From: Paragordius varius
Taxonomy: Eukaryota; Animalia; Nematomorpha
Direction: 5' to 3'
DNA: 64,000 nucleotides
Assembly (NCBI GenBank): GCA_964247055.1
Contig: OZ176060.1
Location: 1-64,000 of the forward strand
Shown here: in pieces, positions 15,301-28,126 of the stretch
Layout of the letters: every line of letters starts with the position of its first letter
How positions within the stretch are numbered: position 1 is the stretch's first letter
The notes under the pieces: model-generated
What the model saw: only the letters and a program-made list of their open reading frames with translations
What the model was told of the DNA's origin: nothing
Database searches by the model: none
Made by a program: the position numbers and the translations under genes

Positions 15301-18300
15301 CAACTAAAAACATTGGTCTTTTATTTGAGCTTCAATACGTATTCATCCTAAATTGATACTTGCTCGTCGCATTATTGATTATTTGGTTATTTCCGTAAAT
15401 AATGCAATGTTTAACACAATGAATTTAATAAAAAACGTTTTAATTTGGTTTATGATTCTTATTTGATTGTTGGGTCTATATGCAGGATTTTGAATATAAT
15501 TTTACAACTAAAAACATTGGTCTTTTATTTGAGCTTCAATACGTATTCATCCTAAATTGATACTTGCTCGTCGCATTATTGATTATTTGGTTATATTTTG
15601 GATTCAACAATCTACCGTAAATAATGCAATGTACAATGAATTTAATAAAATACGTTTTAATTTGGTTTATGATTCTTATTTGATTGTTGGTATATGCAGG
15701 ATTTTGAATATAATTTTACAACTAAAAACATTGGTCTTTTATTTGAGCTTCAATACGTATTCATCCTAAATTGATACTTGCTCGTCGCATTATTGATTAT
15801 TTGGTTATATTTTGGATTCAACAATCTACCGTAAATAATGCAATGTACAATGAATTTAATAAAATACGTTTTAATTTGGTTTATGATTCTTATTTGATTG
15901 TTGGGTCTATATGCAGGATTTTGAATATAATTTTACAACTAAAAAGATTGGTCTTTTATTTGAGCTTCAATACGTATTCATCCTAAATTGATACTTGCTC
16001 GTCGCATTATTGATTATTTGGTTATTTCCGTAAATAATGCAATGTTTAACACAATGAATTTAATAAAATACGTTTTAATTTGGTTTATGATTCTTATTTG
16101 ATTGTTGGGTCTATATGCAGGATTTTGAATATAATTTTACAACTAAAAAGATTTGTCTTTTATTTGAGCTTCAATACGTATTCATCCTAAATTGATACTT
16201 GCTCGTCGCATTATTGATTATTTGGTTATTTCCGTAAATAATGCAATGTTTAACACAATGAATTTAATAAAATACGTTTTAATTTGGTTTATGATTCTTA
16301 TTTGATTGTTGGGTCTATATGCAGGATTTTGAATATAATTTTACAACAAAAAACATTGGTCTTTTATTTGAGCTTCAATACGTATTCATCCTAAATTGAT
16401 ACTTGCTCGTCGCATTATTGATTATTTGGTTATTTCCGTAAATAATGCAATGTTTAACACAATGAATTTAATAAAATACGTTTTAATTTGGTTTATGATT
16501 CTTATTTGATTGTTGGGTCTATATGCAGGATTTTGAATATAATTTTACAACTAAAAAGATTGGTCTTTTATTTGAGCTTCAATACGTATTCATCCTAAAT
16601 TGATACTTGCTCGTCGCATTATTGATTATTTGGTTATATTTTGGATTCAACAATCTACCGTAAATAATGCAATGTACAATGAATTTAATAAAATACGTTT
16701 TAATTTGGTTTATGATTCTTATTTGATTGTTGGGTCTATATGCAGGATTTTGAATATAATTTTACAACTAAAAACATTGGTCTTTTATTTGAGCTTCAAT
16801 ACGTATTCATCCTAAATTGATACTTGCTCGTCGCATTATTGATTATTTGGTTATATTTTGGATTCAACAATCTACCGTAAATAATGCAATGTACAATGAA
16901 TTTAATAAAATACGTTTTAATTTGGTTTATGATTCTTATTTGATTGTTGGGTCTATATGCAGGATTTTGAATATAATTTTACAACTAAAAACATTGGTCT
17001 TTTATTTGAGCTTCAATACGTATTCATCCTAAATTGATACTTGCTCGTCGCATTATTGATTATTTGGTTATTTCCGTAAATAATGCAATGTTTAACACAA
17101 TGAATTTAATAAAAAACGTTTTAATTTGGTTTATGATTCTTATTTGATTGTTGGGTCTATATGCAGGATTTTGAATATAATTTTACAACTAAAAACATTG
17201 GTCTTTTATTTGAGCTTCAATACGTATTCATCCTAAATTGATACTTGCTCGTCGCATTATTGATTATTTGGTTATATTTTGGATTGAACAATCTACCGTA
17301 AGTAATGCAATGTTTAACACAATGAATTTAATAAAATACGTTTAAATTTGGTTAATGATTCTTATTTGATTGTTAGGTCTATATGCAGGATTTTGAATAT
17401 TGGTTATATTTTGGATTCAACAATCTACCGTAAATAATGCAATGTACAATGAATTTAATAAAATACGTTTTAATTTGGTTTATGATTCTTATTTGATTGT
17501 TGGGTCTATATGCAGGATTTTGAATATAATTTTACAACTAAAAACATTGGTCTTTTATTTGAGCTTCAATACGTATTCATCCTAAATTGATACTTGCTCG
17601 TCGCATTATTGATTATTTGGTTATTTCCGTAAATAATGCAATGTTTAACACAATGAATTTAATAAAAAACGTTTTAATTTGGTTTATGATTCTTATTTGA
17701 TTGTTGGGTCTATATGCAGGATTTTGAATATAATTTTACAACTAAAAACATTGGTCTTTTATTTGAGCTTCAATACGTATTCATCCTAAATTGATACTTG
17801 CTCGTCGCATTATTGATTATTTGGTTATATTTTGGATTTAACAATCTACCGTAAATAAAGCAATGTACAATGAATTTAATAAAATACGTTTTAATTTGGT
17901 TTATGATTCTTATTTGATTGTTGGGTCTATATGCAGGATTTTGAATATAATTTTACAACTAAAAAGATTGGTCTTTTATTTGAGCTTCAATACGTATTCA
18001 TCCTAAATTGATACTTGCTCGTCGCATTATTGATTATTTGGTTATTTCCGTAAATAATGCAATGTTTAACACAATGAATTTAATAAAAAACGTTTTAATT
18101 TGGTTTATGATTCTTATTTGATTGTTGGGTCTATATGCAGGATTTTGAATATAATTTTACAACTAAAAACATTGGTCTTTTATTTGAGCTTCAATACGTA
18201 TTCATCCTAAATTGATACTTGCTCGTCGCATTATTGATTATTTGGTTATATTTTGGATTCAACAATCTACCGTAAATAATGCAATGTACAATGAATTTAA

Positions 18301-21300
18301 TAAAATACGTTTTAATTTGGTTTATGATTCTTATTTGATTGTTGGGTCTATATGCAGGATTTTGAATATAATTTTACAACTAAAAACATTGGTCTTTTAT
18401 TTGAGCTTCAATACGTATTCATCCTAAATTGATACTTGCTCGTCGCATTATTGATTATTTGGTTATTTCCGTAAATAATGCAATGTTTAACACAATGAAT
18501 TTAATAAAAAACGTTTTAATTTGGTTTATGATTCTTATTTGATTGTTGGGTCTATATGCAGGATTTTGAATATAAGTTTACAACTGAAAACATTGGTCTT
18601 TTATTTGAGCTTCAATACGTATTCATCCTAAATTGATACTTGCTCGTCGCATTATTGATTATTTGGTTATATTTTGGATTCAACAATCTACCGTAAATAA
18701 TGCAATGTACAATGAATTTAATAAAATACGTTTTAATTTGGTTTATGATTCTTATTTGATTGTTGGGTCTATATGCAGGATTTTGAATATAATTTTACAA
18801 CTAAAAAGATTGGTCTTTTATTTGAGCTTCAATACGTATTCATCCTAAATTGATACTTGCTCGTCGCATTATTGATTATTTGGTTATTTCCGTAAATAAT
18901 GCAATGTTTAACACAATGAATTTAATAAAATACGTTTTAATTTGGTTTATGATTCTTATTTGATTGTTGGGTCTATATGCAGGATTTTGAATATAATTTT
19001 ACAACTAAAAAGATTGGTCTTTTATTTGAGCTTCAATACGTATTCATCCTAAATTGATACTTGCTCGTCGCATTATTGATTATTTGGTTATTTCCGTAAA
19101 TAATGCAATGTTTAACACAATGAATTTAATAAAATACGTTTTAATTTGGTTTATGATTCTTATTTGATTGTTGGGTCTATATGCAGGATTTTGAATATAA
19201 TTTTACAACTAAAAAGATTGGTCTTTTATTTGAGCGTCAATACGTATTCATCCTAAATTGATACTTGCTCGTCGCATTATTGATTATTTGGTTATTTCCG
19301 TAAATAATGCAATGTTTAACACAATGAATTTAATAAAATACGTTTTAATTTGGTTTATGATTCTTATTTGATTGTTGGGTCTATATGCAGGATTTTGAAT
19401 ATAATTTTACAACTAAAAAGATTGGTCTTTTATTTGAGCTTCAATACGTATTCATCCTAAATTGATACTTGCTCGTCGCATTATTGATTATTTGGTTATT
19501 TCCGTAAATAATGCAATGTTTAACACAATGAATTTAATAAAATACGTTTTAATTTGGTTTATGATTCTTATTTGATTGTTGGGTCTATATGCAGGATTTT
19601 GAATATAATTTTACAACAAAAAACATTGGTCTTTTATTTGAGCTTCAATACGTATTCATCCTAAATTGATACTTGCTCGTCGCATTATTGATTATTTGGT
19701 TATTTCCGTAAATAATGCAATGTTTAACACAATGAATTTAATAAAATACGTTTTAATTTGGTTTATGATTCTTATTTGATTGTTGGGTCTATATGCAGGA
19801 TTTTGAATATAATTTTACAACTAAAAAGATTGGTCTTTTATTTGAGCTTCAATACGTATTCATCCTAAATTGATACTTGCTCGTCGCATTATTGATTATT
19901 TGGTTATTTCCGTAAATAATGCAATGTTTAACACAATGAATTTAATAAAAAACGTTTTAATTTGGTTTATGATTCTTATTTGATTGTTGGGTCTATATGC
20001 AGGATTTTGAATATAATTTTACAACTAAAAACATTGGTCTTTTATTTGAGCTTCAATACGTATTCATCCTAAATTGATACTTGCTCGTCGCATTATTGAT
20101 TATTTGGTTATATTTTGGATTCAACAATCTACCGTAAATAATGCAATGTACAATGAATTTAATAAAATACGTTTTAATTTGGTTTATGATTCTTATTTGA
20201 TTGTTGGGTCTATATGCAGGATTTTGAATATAATTTTACAACTAAAAACATTGGTCTTTTATTTGAGCTTCAATACGTATTCATCCTAAATTGATACTTG
20301 CTCGTCGCATTATTGATTATTTGGTTATTTCCGTAAATAATGCAATGTTTAACACAATGAATTTAATAAAAAACGTTTTAATTTGGTTTATGATTCTTAT
20401 TTGATTGTTGGGTCTATATGCAGGATTTTGAATATAATTTTACAACTAAAAACATTGGTCTTTTATTTGAGCTTCAATACGTATTCATCCTAAATTGATA
20501 CTTGCTCGTCGCATTATTGATTATTTGGTTATATTTTGGATTGAACAATCTACCGTAAGTAATGCAATGTTTAACACAATGAATTTAATAAAATACGTTT
20601 AAATTTGGTTAATGATTCTTATTTGATTGTTAGGTCTATATGCAGGATTTTGAATATTGGTTATATTTTGGATTCAACAATCTACCGTAAATAATGCAAT
20701 GTACAATGAATTTAATAAAATACGTTTTAATTTGGTTTATGATTCTTATTTGATTGTTGGGTCTATATGCAGGATTTTGAATATAATTTTACAACTAAAA
20801 ACATTGGTCTTTTATTTGAGCTTCAATACGTATTCATCCTAAATTGATACTTGCTCGTCGCATTATTGATTATTTGGTTATATTTTGGATTTAACAATCT
20901 ACCGTAAATAAAGCAATGTACAATGAATTTAATAAAATACGTTTTAATTTGGTTTATGATTCTTATTTGATTGTTGGGTCTATATGCAGGATTTTGAATA
21001 TAATTTTACAACTAAAAAGATTGGTCTTTTATTTGAGCTTCAATACGTATTCATCCTAAATTGATACTTGCTCGTCGCATTATTGATTATTTGGTTATTT
21101 CCGTAAATAATGCAATGTTTAACACAATGAATTTAATAAAAAACGTTTTAATTTGGTTTATGATTCTTATTTGATTGTTGGGTCTATATGCAGGATTTTG
21201 AATATAATTTTACAACTAAAAACATTGGTCTTTTATTTGAGCTTCAATACGTATTCATCCTAAATTGATACTTGCTCGTCGCATTATTGATTATTTGGTT

Positions 21301-22545
21301 ATATTTTGGATTCAACAATCTACCGTAAATAATGCAATGTACAATGAATTTAATAAAATACGTTTTAATTTGGTTTATGATTCTTATTTGATTGTTGGGT
21401 CTATATGCAGGATTTTGAATATAATTTTACAACTAAAAACATTGGTCTTTTATTTGAGCTTCAATACGTATTCATCCTAAATTGATACTTGCTCGTCGCA
21501 TTATTGATTATTTGGTTATTTCCGTAAATAATGCAATGTTTAACACAATGAATTTAATAAAAAACGTTTTAATTTGGTTTATGATTCTTATTTGATTGTT
21601 GGGTCTATATGCAGGATTTTGAATATAATTTTACAACTAAAAACATTGGTCTTTTATTTGAGCTTCAATACGTATTCATCCTAAATTGATACTTGCTCGT
21701 TATTGATTATTTGGTTATATTTTGGATTCAACAATCTACCGTAAATAATGCAATGTACAATGAATTTAATAAAATACGTTTTAATTTGGTTTATGATTCT
21801 TATTTGATTGTTGGTATATGCAGGATTTTGAATATAATTTTACAACTAAAAACATTGGTCTTTTATTTGAGCTTCAATACGTATTCATCCTAAATTGATA
21901 CTTGCTCGTCGCATTATTGATTATTTGGTTATTTCCGTAAATAATGCAATGTTTAACACAATGAATTTAATAAAATACGTTTTAATTTGGTTTATGATTC
22001 TTATTTGATTGTTGGGTCTATATGCAGGATTTTGAATATAATTTTACAACAAAAAACATTGGTCTTTTATTTGAACGTCTATTCATCCTAAATTGATACT
22101 TGCTCGTCGCATTATTGATTATTTGGTTATTTCCGTAAATAATGCAATGTTTAACACAATGAATTTAATAAAATACGTTTTAATTTGGTTTATGATTCTT
22201 ATTTGATTGTTGGGTCTATATGCAGGATTTTGAATATAATTTTACAACTAAAAAGATTGGTCTTTTATTTGAGCTTCAATACGTATTCATCCTAAATTGA
22301 TACTTGCTCGTCGCATTATTGATTATTTGGTTATTTCCGTAAATAATGCAATGTTTAACACAATGAATTTAATAAAAAACGTTTTAATTTGGTTTATGAT
22401 TCTTATTTGATTGTTGGGTCTATATGCAGGATTTTGAATATAATTTTACAACTAAAAACATTGGTCTTTTATTTGAGCTTCAATACGTATTCATCCTAAA
22501 TTGATACTTGCTCGTCGCATTATTGATTATTTGGTTATATTTTGG
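9330..22545. repeat. Near-identical duplicated block of about 5.8 kb at offset 7365 (about 9330-15180 versus about 16695-22545)
   Basis: Rare markers pair at exactly 7365 bp: 11211/18576, 11871/19236 and 14708/22073. ORF-track starts pair the same way: 9452/16817, 10847/18212, 12709/20074 and 14328/21693. Confidence 0.9.
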
Positions 22546-24995
22546 ATTGAACAATCTACCGTAAGTAATGCAATGTTTAACACAATGAATTTAATAAAAT
22601 ACGTTTAAATTTGGTTAATGATTCTTATTTGATTGTTAGGTCTATATGCAGGATTTTGAATATTGGTTATATTTTGGATTCAACAATCTACCGTAAATAA
22701 TGCAATGTACAATGAATTTAATAAAATACGTTTTAATTTGGTTTATGATTCTTATTTGATTGTTGGTATATGCAGGATTTTGAATATAATTTTACAACTA
22801 AAAACATTGGTCTTTTATTTGAGCTTCAATACGTATTCATCCTAAATTGATACTTGCTCGTCGCATTATTGATTATTTGGTTATATTTTGGATTCAACAA
22901 TCTACCGTAAATAATGCAATGTACAATGAATTTAATAAAATACGTTTTAATTTGGTTTATGATTCTTATTTGATTGTTGGGTCTATATGCAGGATTTTGA
23001 ATATAATTTTACAACTAAAAAGATTGGTCTTTTATTTGAGCTTCAATACGTATTCATCCTAAATTGATACTTGCTCGTCGCATTATTGATTATTTGGTTA
23101 TTTGGATTCAACAATCTACCGTAAATAATGCAATGTACAATGAATTTAATAAAATACGTTTTAATTTGGTTTATGATTCTTATTTGATTGTTGGGTCTAT
23201 ATGCAGGATTTTGAATATAATTTTACAACTAAAAACATTGGTCTTTTATTTGAGCTTCAATACGTATTCATTCTAAATTGATACTTGCTCGTCGCATTAT
23301 TGATTATTTGGTTATATTTTGGATTTAACAATCTACCGTAAATAATGCAATGTACAATGAATTTAATAAAATACGTTTTAATTTGGTTTATGATTCTTAT
23401 TTGATTGTTGGGTCTATATGCAGGATTTTGAATATAATTTTACAACTAAAAAGATTGGTCTTTTATTTGAGCTTCAATACGTATTCATCCTAAATTGATA
23501 CTTGCTCGTCGCATTATTGATTATTTGGTTATATTTTGGATTGAACAATCTACCGTAAATAATGCAATGAACACAATGAATTTAATAAAAAACGTTTTAA
23601 TTTGGTTTATGATTCTTATTTGATTGTTGGTATATGCAGGATTTTGAATATAATTTTACAACTAAAAACATTGGTCTTTTATTTGAGCTTCAATACGTAT
23701 TCATCCGAAATTGATACTTGCTCGTCGCATTATTGATTATTTGGTTATATTTTGGATTTAACAATCTACCGTAAATAATGCAATGTACAATGAATTTAAT
23801 AAAATACGTTTTAATTTGGTTTATGATTCTTATTTGATTGTTGGGTCTATATGCAGGATTTTGAATATAATTTTACAACTAAAAAGATTGGTCTTTTATT
23901 TGAGCTTCAATACGTATTCATCCTAAATTGATACTTGCTCGTCGCATTATTGATTATTTGGTTATTTGGATTCAACAATCTACCGTAAATAATGCAATGT
24001 ACAATGAATTTAATAAAATACGTTTTAATTTGGTTTATGATTCTTATTTGATTGTTGGGTCTATATGCAGGATTTTGAATATAATTTTACAACTAAAAAC
24101 ATTGGTCTTTTATTTGAGCTTCAATACGTATTCATTCTAAATTGATACTTGCTCGTCGCATTATTGATTATTTGGTTATATTTTGGATTCAACAATCTAC
24201 CGTAAATAATGCAATGTACAATGAATTTAATAAAATACGTTTTAATTTGGTTTATGATTCTTATTTGATTGTTGGGTCTATATGCAGGATTTTGAATATA
24301 ATTTTACAACTAAAATCTTTGGTCTTTTATTTGAGCGTCAATACGTATTCATCCTAAATTGATACTTGCTCGTCGCATTATTGATTATTTGGTTATTTGG
24401 ATTCAACAATCTACCGTAAATAATGCAATGTTTAACACAATGGATTTAATAAAAAACGTTTTAATTTGGTTTATGATTCTTATTTGATTGTTGGTATATG
24501 CAGGATTTTGAATATAGTTTTACAACTAAAAAGATTGGTCTTTTATTTGAGCTTCAATACGTATTCATCCTAAATTGATACTTGCTCGTCGCATTATTGA
24601 TTATTTGGTTATATTTTGGATTTAACAATCTACCGTAAATAATGCAATGTACAATGAATTTAATAAAATACGTTTTAATTTGGTTTATGATTCTTATTTG
24701 ATTGTTGGGTCTATATGCAGGATTTTGAATATAATTTTACAACTAAAAAGATTGGTCTTTTATTTGAGCTTCAATACGTATTCATCCTAAATTGATACTT
24801 GCTCGTCGCATTATTGATTATTTGGTTATTTCCGTAAATAATGCAATGTTTAACACAATGAATTTAATAAAAAACGTTTTAATTTGGTTTATGATTCTTA
24901 TTTGATTGTTGGGTCTATATGCAGGATTTTGAATATAATTTTACAACTAAAAACATTGGTCTTTTATTTGAGCTTCAATACGTATTCATCCTAAA

Positions 24996-27900
24996 TTGAT
25001 ACTTGCTCGTCGCATTATTGATTATTTGGTTATATTTTGGATTCAACAATCTACCGTAAATAATGCAATGTACAATGAATTTAATAAAATACGTTTTAAT
25101 TTGGTTTATGATTCTTATTTGATTGTTGGGTCTATATGCAGGATTTTGAATATAATTTTACAACTAAAAACATTGGTCTTTTATTTGAGCTTCAATACGT
25201 ATTCATCCTAAATTGATACTTGCTCGTCGCATTATTGATTATTTGGTTATTTCCGTAAATAATGCAATGTTTAACACAATGAATTTAATAAAAAACGTTT
25301 TAATTTGGTTTATGATTCTTATTTGATTGTTGGGTCTATATGCAGGATTTTGAATATAATTTTACAACTAAAAACATTGGTCTTTTATTTGAGCTTCAAT
25401 ACGTATTCATCCTAAATTGATACTTGCTCGTCGCATTATTGATTATTTGGTTATATTTTGGATTCAACAATCTACCGTAAATAATGCAATGTACAATGAA
25501 TTTAATAAAATACGTTTTAATTTGGTTTATGATTCTTATTTGATTGTTGGTATATGCAGGATTTTGAATATAATTTTACAACTAAAAACATTGGTCTTTT
25601 ATTTGAGCTTCAATACGTATTCATCCTAAATTGATACTTGCTCGTCGCATTATTGATTATTTGGTTATATTTTGGATTCAACAATCTACCGTAAATAATG
25701 CAATGTACAATGAATTTAATAAAATACGTTTTAATTTGGTTTATGATTCTTATTTGATTGTTGGGTCTATATGCAGGATTTTGAATATAATTTTACAACT
25801 AAAAAGATTGGTCTTTTATTTGAGCTTCAATACGTATTCATCCTAAATTGATACTTGCTCGTCGCATTATTGATTATTTGGTTATTTCCGTAAATAATGC
25901 AATGTTTAACACAATGAATTTAATAAAATACGTTTTAATTTGGTTTATGATTCTTATTTGATTGTTGGGTCTATATGCAGGATTTTGAATATAATTTTAC
26001 AACTAAAAAGATTGGTCTTTTATTTGAGCTTCAATACGTATTCATCCTAAATTGATACTTGCTCGTCGCATTATTGATTATTTGGTTATTTCCGTAAATA
26101 ATGCAATGTTTAACACAATGAATTTAATAAAATACGTTTTAATTTGGTTTATGATTCTTATTTGATTGTTGGGTCTATATGCAGGATTTTGAATATAATT
26201 TTACAACAAAAAACATTGGTCTTTTATTTGAGCTTCAATACGTATTCATCCTAAATTGATACTTGCTCGTCGCATTATTGATTATTTGGTTATTTCCGTA
26301 AATAATGCAATGTTTAACACAATGAATTTAATAAAATACGTTTTAATTTGGTTTATGATTCTTATTTGATTGTTGGGTCTATATGCAGGATTTTGAATAT
26401 AATTTTACAACTAAAAAGATTGGTCTTTTATTTGAGCTTCAATACGTATTCATCCTAAATTGATACTTGCTCGTCGCATTATTGATTATTTGGTTATTTC
26501 CGTAAATAATGCAATGTTTAACACAATGAATTCAATAAAAAACGTTTTAATTTGGTTTATGATTCTTATTTGATTGTTGGGTCTATATGCAGGATTTTGA
26601 ATATAATTTTACAACTAAAAACATTGGTCTTTTATTTGAGCTTCAATACGTATTCATCCTAAATTGATACTTGCTCGTCGCATTATTGATTATTTGGTTA
26701 TATTTTGGATTCAACAATCTACCGTAAATAATGCAATGTACAATGAATTTAATAAAATACGTTTTAATTTGGTTTATGATTCTTATTTGATTGTTGGGTC
26801 TATATGCAGGATTTTGAATATAATTTTACAACTAAAAACATTGGTCTTTTATTTGAGCTTCAATACGTATTCATCCTAAATTGATACTTGCTCGTCGCAT
26901 TATTGATTATTTGGTTATTTCCGTAAATAATGCAATGTTTAACACAATGAATTTAATAAAAAACGTTTTAATTTGGTTTATGATTCTTATTTGATTGTTG
27001 GGTCTATATGCAGGATTTTGAATATAATTTTACAACTAAAAACATTGGTCTTTTATTTGAGCTTCAATACGTATTCATCCTAAATTGATACTTGCTCGTC
27101 GCATTATTGATTATTTGGTTATATTTTGGATTCAACAATCTACCGTAAATAATGCAATGTACAATGAATTTAATAAAATACGTTTTAATTTGGTTTATGA
27201 TTCTTATTTGATTGTTGGTATATGCAGGATTTTGAATATAATTTTACAACTAAAAACATTGGTCTTTTATTTGAGCTTCAATACGTATTCATCCTAAATT
27301 GATACTTGCTCGTCGCATTATTGATTATTTGGTTATATTTTGGATTCAACAATCTACCGTAAATAATGCAATGTACAATGAATTTAATAAAATACGTTTT
27401 AATTTGGTTTATGATTCTTATTTGATTGTTGGGTCTATATGCAGGATTTTGAATATAATTTTACAACTAAAAAGATTGGTCTTTTATTTGAGCTTCAATA
27501 CGTATTCATCCTAAATTGATACTTGCTCGTCGCATTATTGATTATTTGGTTATTTCCGTAAATAATGCAATGTTTAACACAATGAATTTAATAAAATACG
27601 TTTTAATTTGGTTTATGATTCTTATTTGATTGTTGGGTCTATATGCAGGATTTTGAATATAATTTTACAACTAAAAAGATTGGTCTTTTATTTGAGCTTC
27701 AATACGTATTCATCCTAAATTGATACTTGCTCGTCGCATTATTGATTATTTGGTTATTTCCGTAAATAATGCAATGTTTAACACAATGAATTTAATAAAA
27801 TACGTTTTAATTTGGTTTATGATTCTTATTTGATTGTTGGGTCTATATGCAGGATTTTGAATATAATTTTACAACAAAAACATTGGTCTTTTATTTGAGC

Positions 27901-28126
27901 TTCAATACGTATTCATCCTAAATTGATACTTGCTCGTCGCATTATTGATTATTTGGTTATTTCCGTAAATAATGCAATGTTTAACACAATGAATTTAATA
28001 AAATACGTTTTAATTTGGTTTATGATTCTTATTTGATTGTTGGGTCTATATGCAGGATTTTGAATATAATTTTACAACAAAAAACATTGGTCTTTTATTT
28101 GAGCTTCAATACGTATTCATCCTAAA
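24996..28126. repeat. Higher-order repeat with 1668-bp period (8 monomers; second copy has 7)
   Basis: Monomer order 217-204-214-217-204-204-204-204 sums to 1668. Paired starts are 24996/26664, 25417/27085 and 25631/27299. Confidence 0.85.

Larger units (their letters stand above)
3598..28126. repeat. Distal satellite domain dominated by 204-bp and 217-bp monomers, highly homogeneous
   Basis: Type B monomers occur from 4171 to 27923-28126 in runs of 1-8. I found none beyond that point. Confidence 0.85.
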
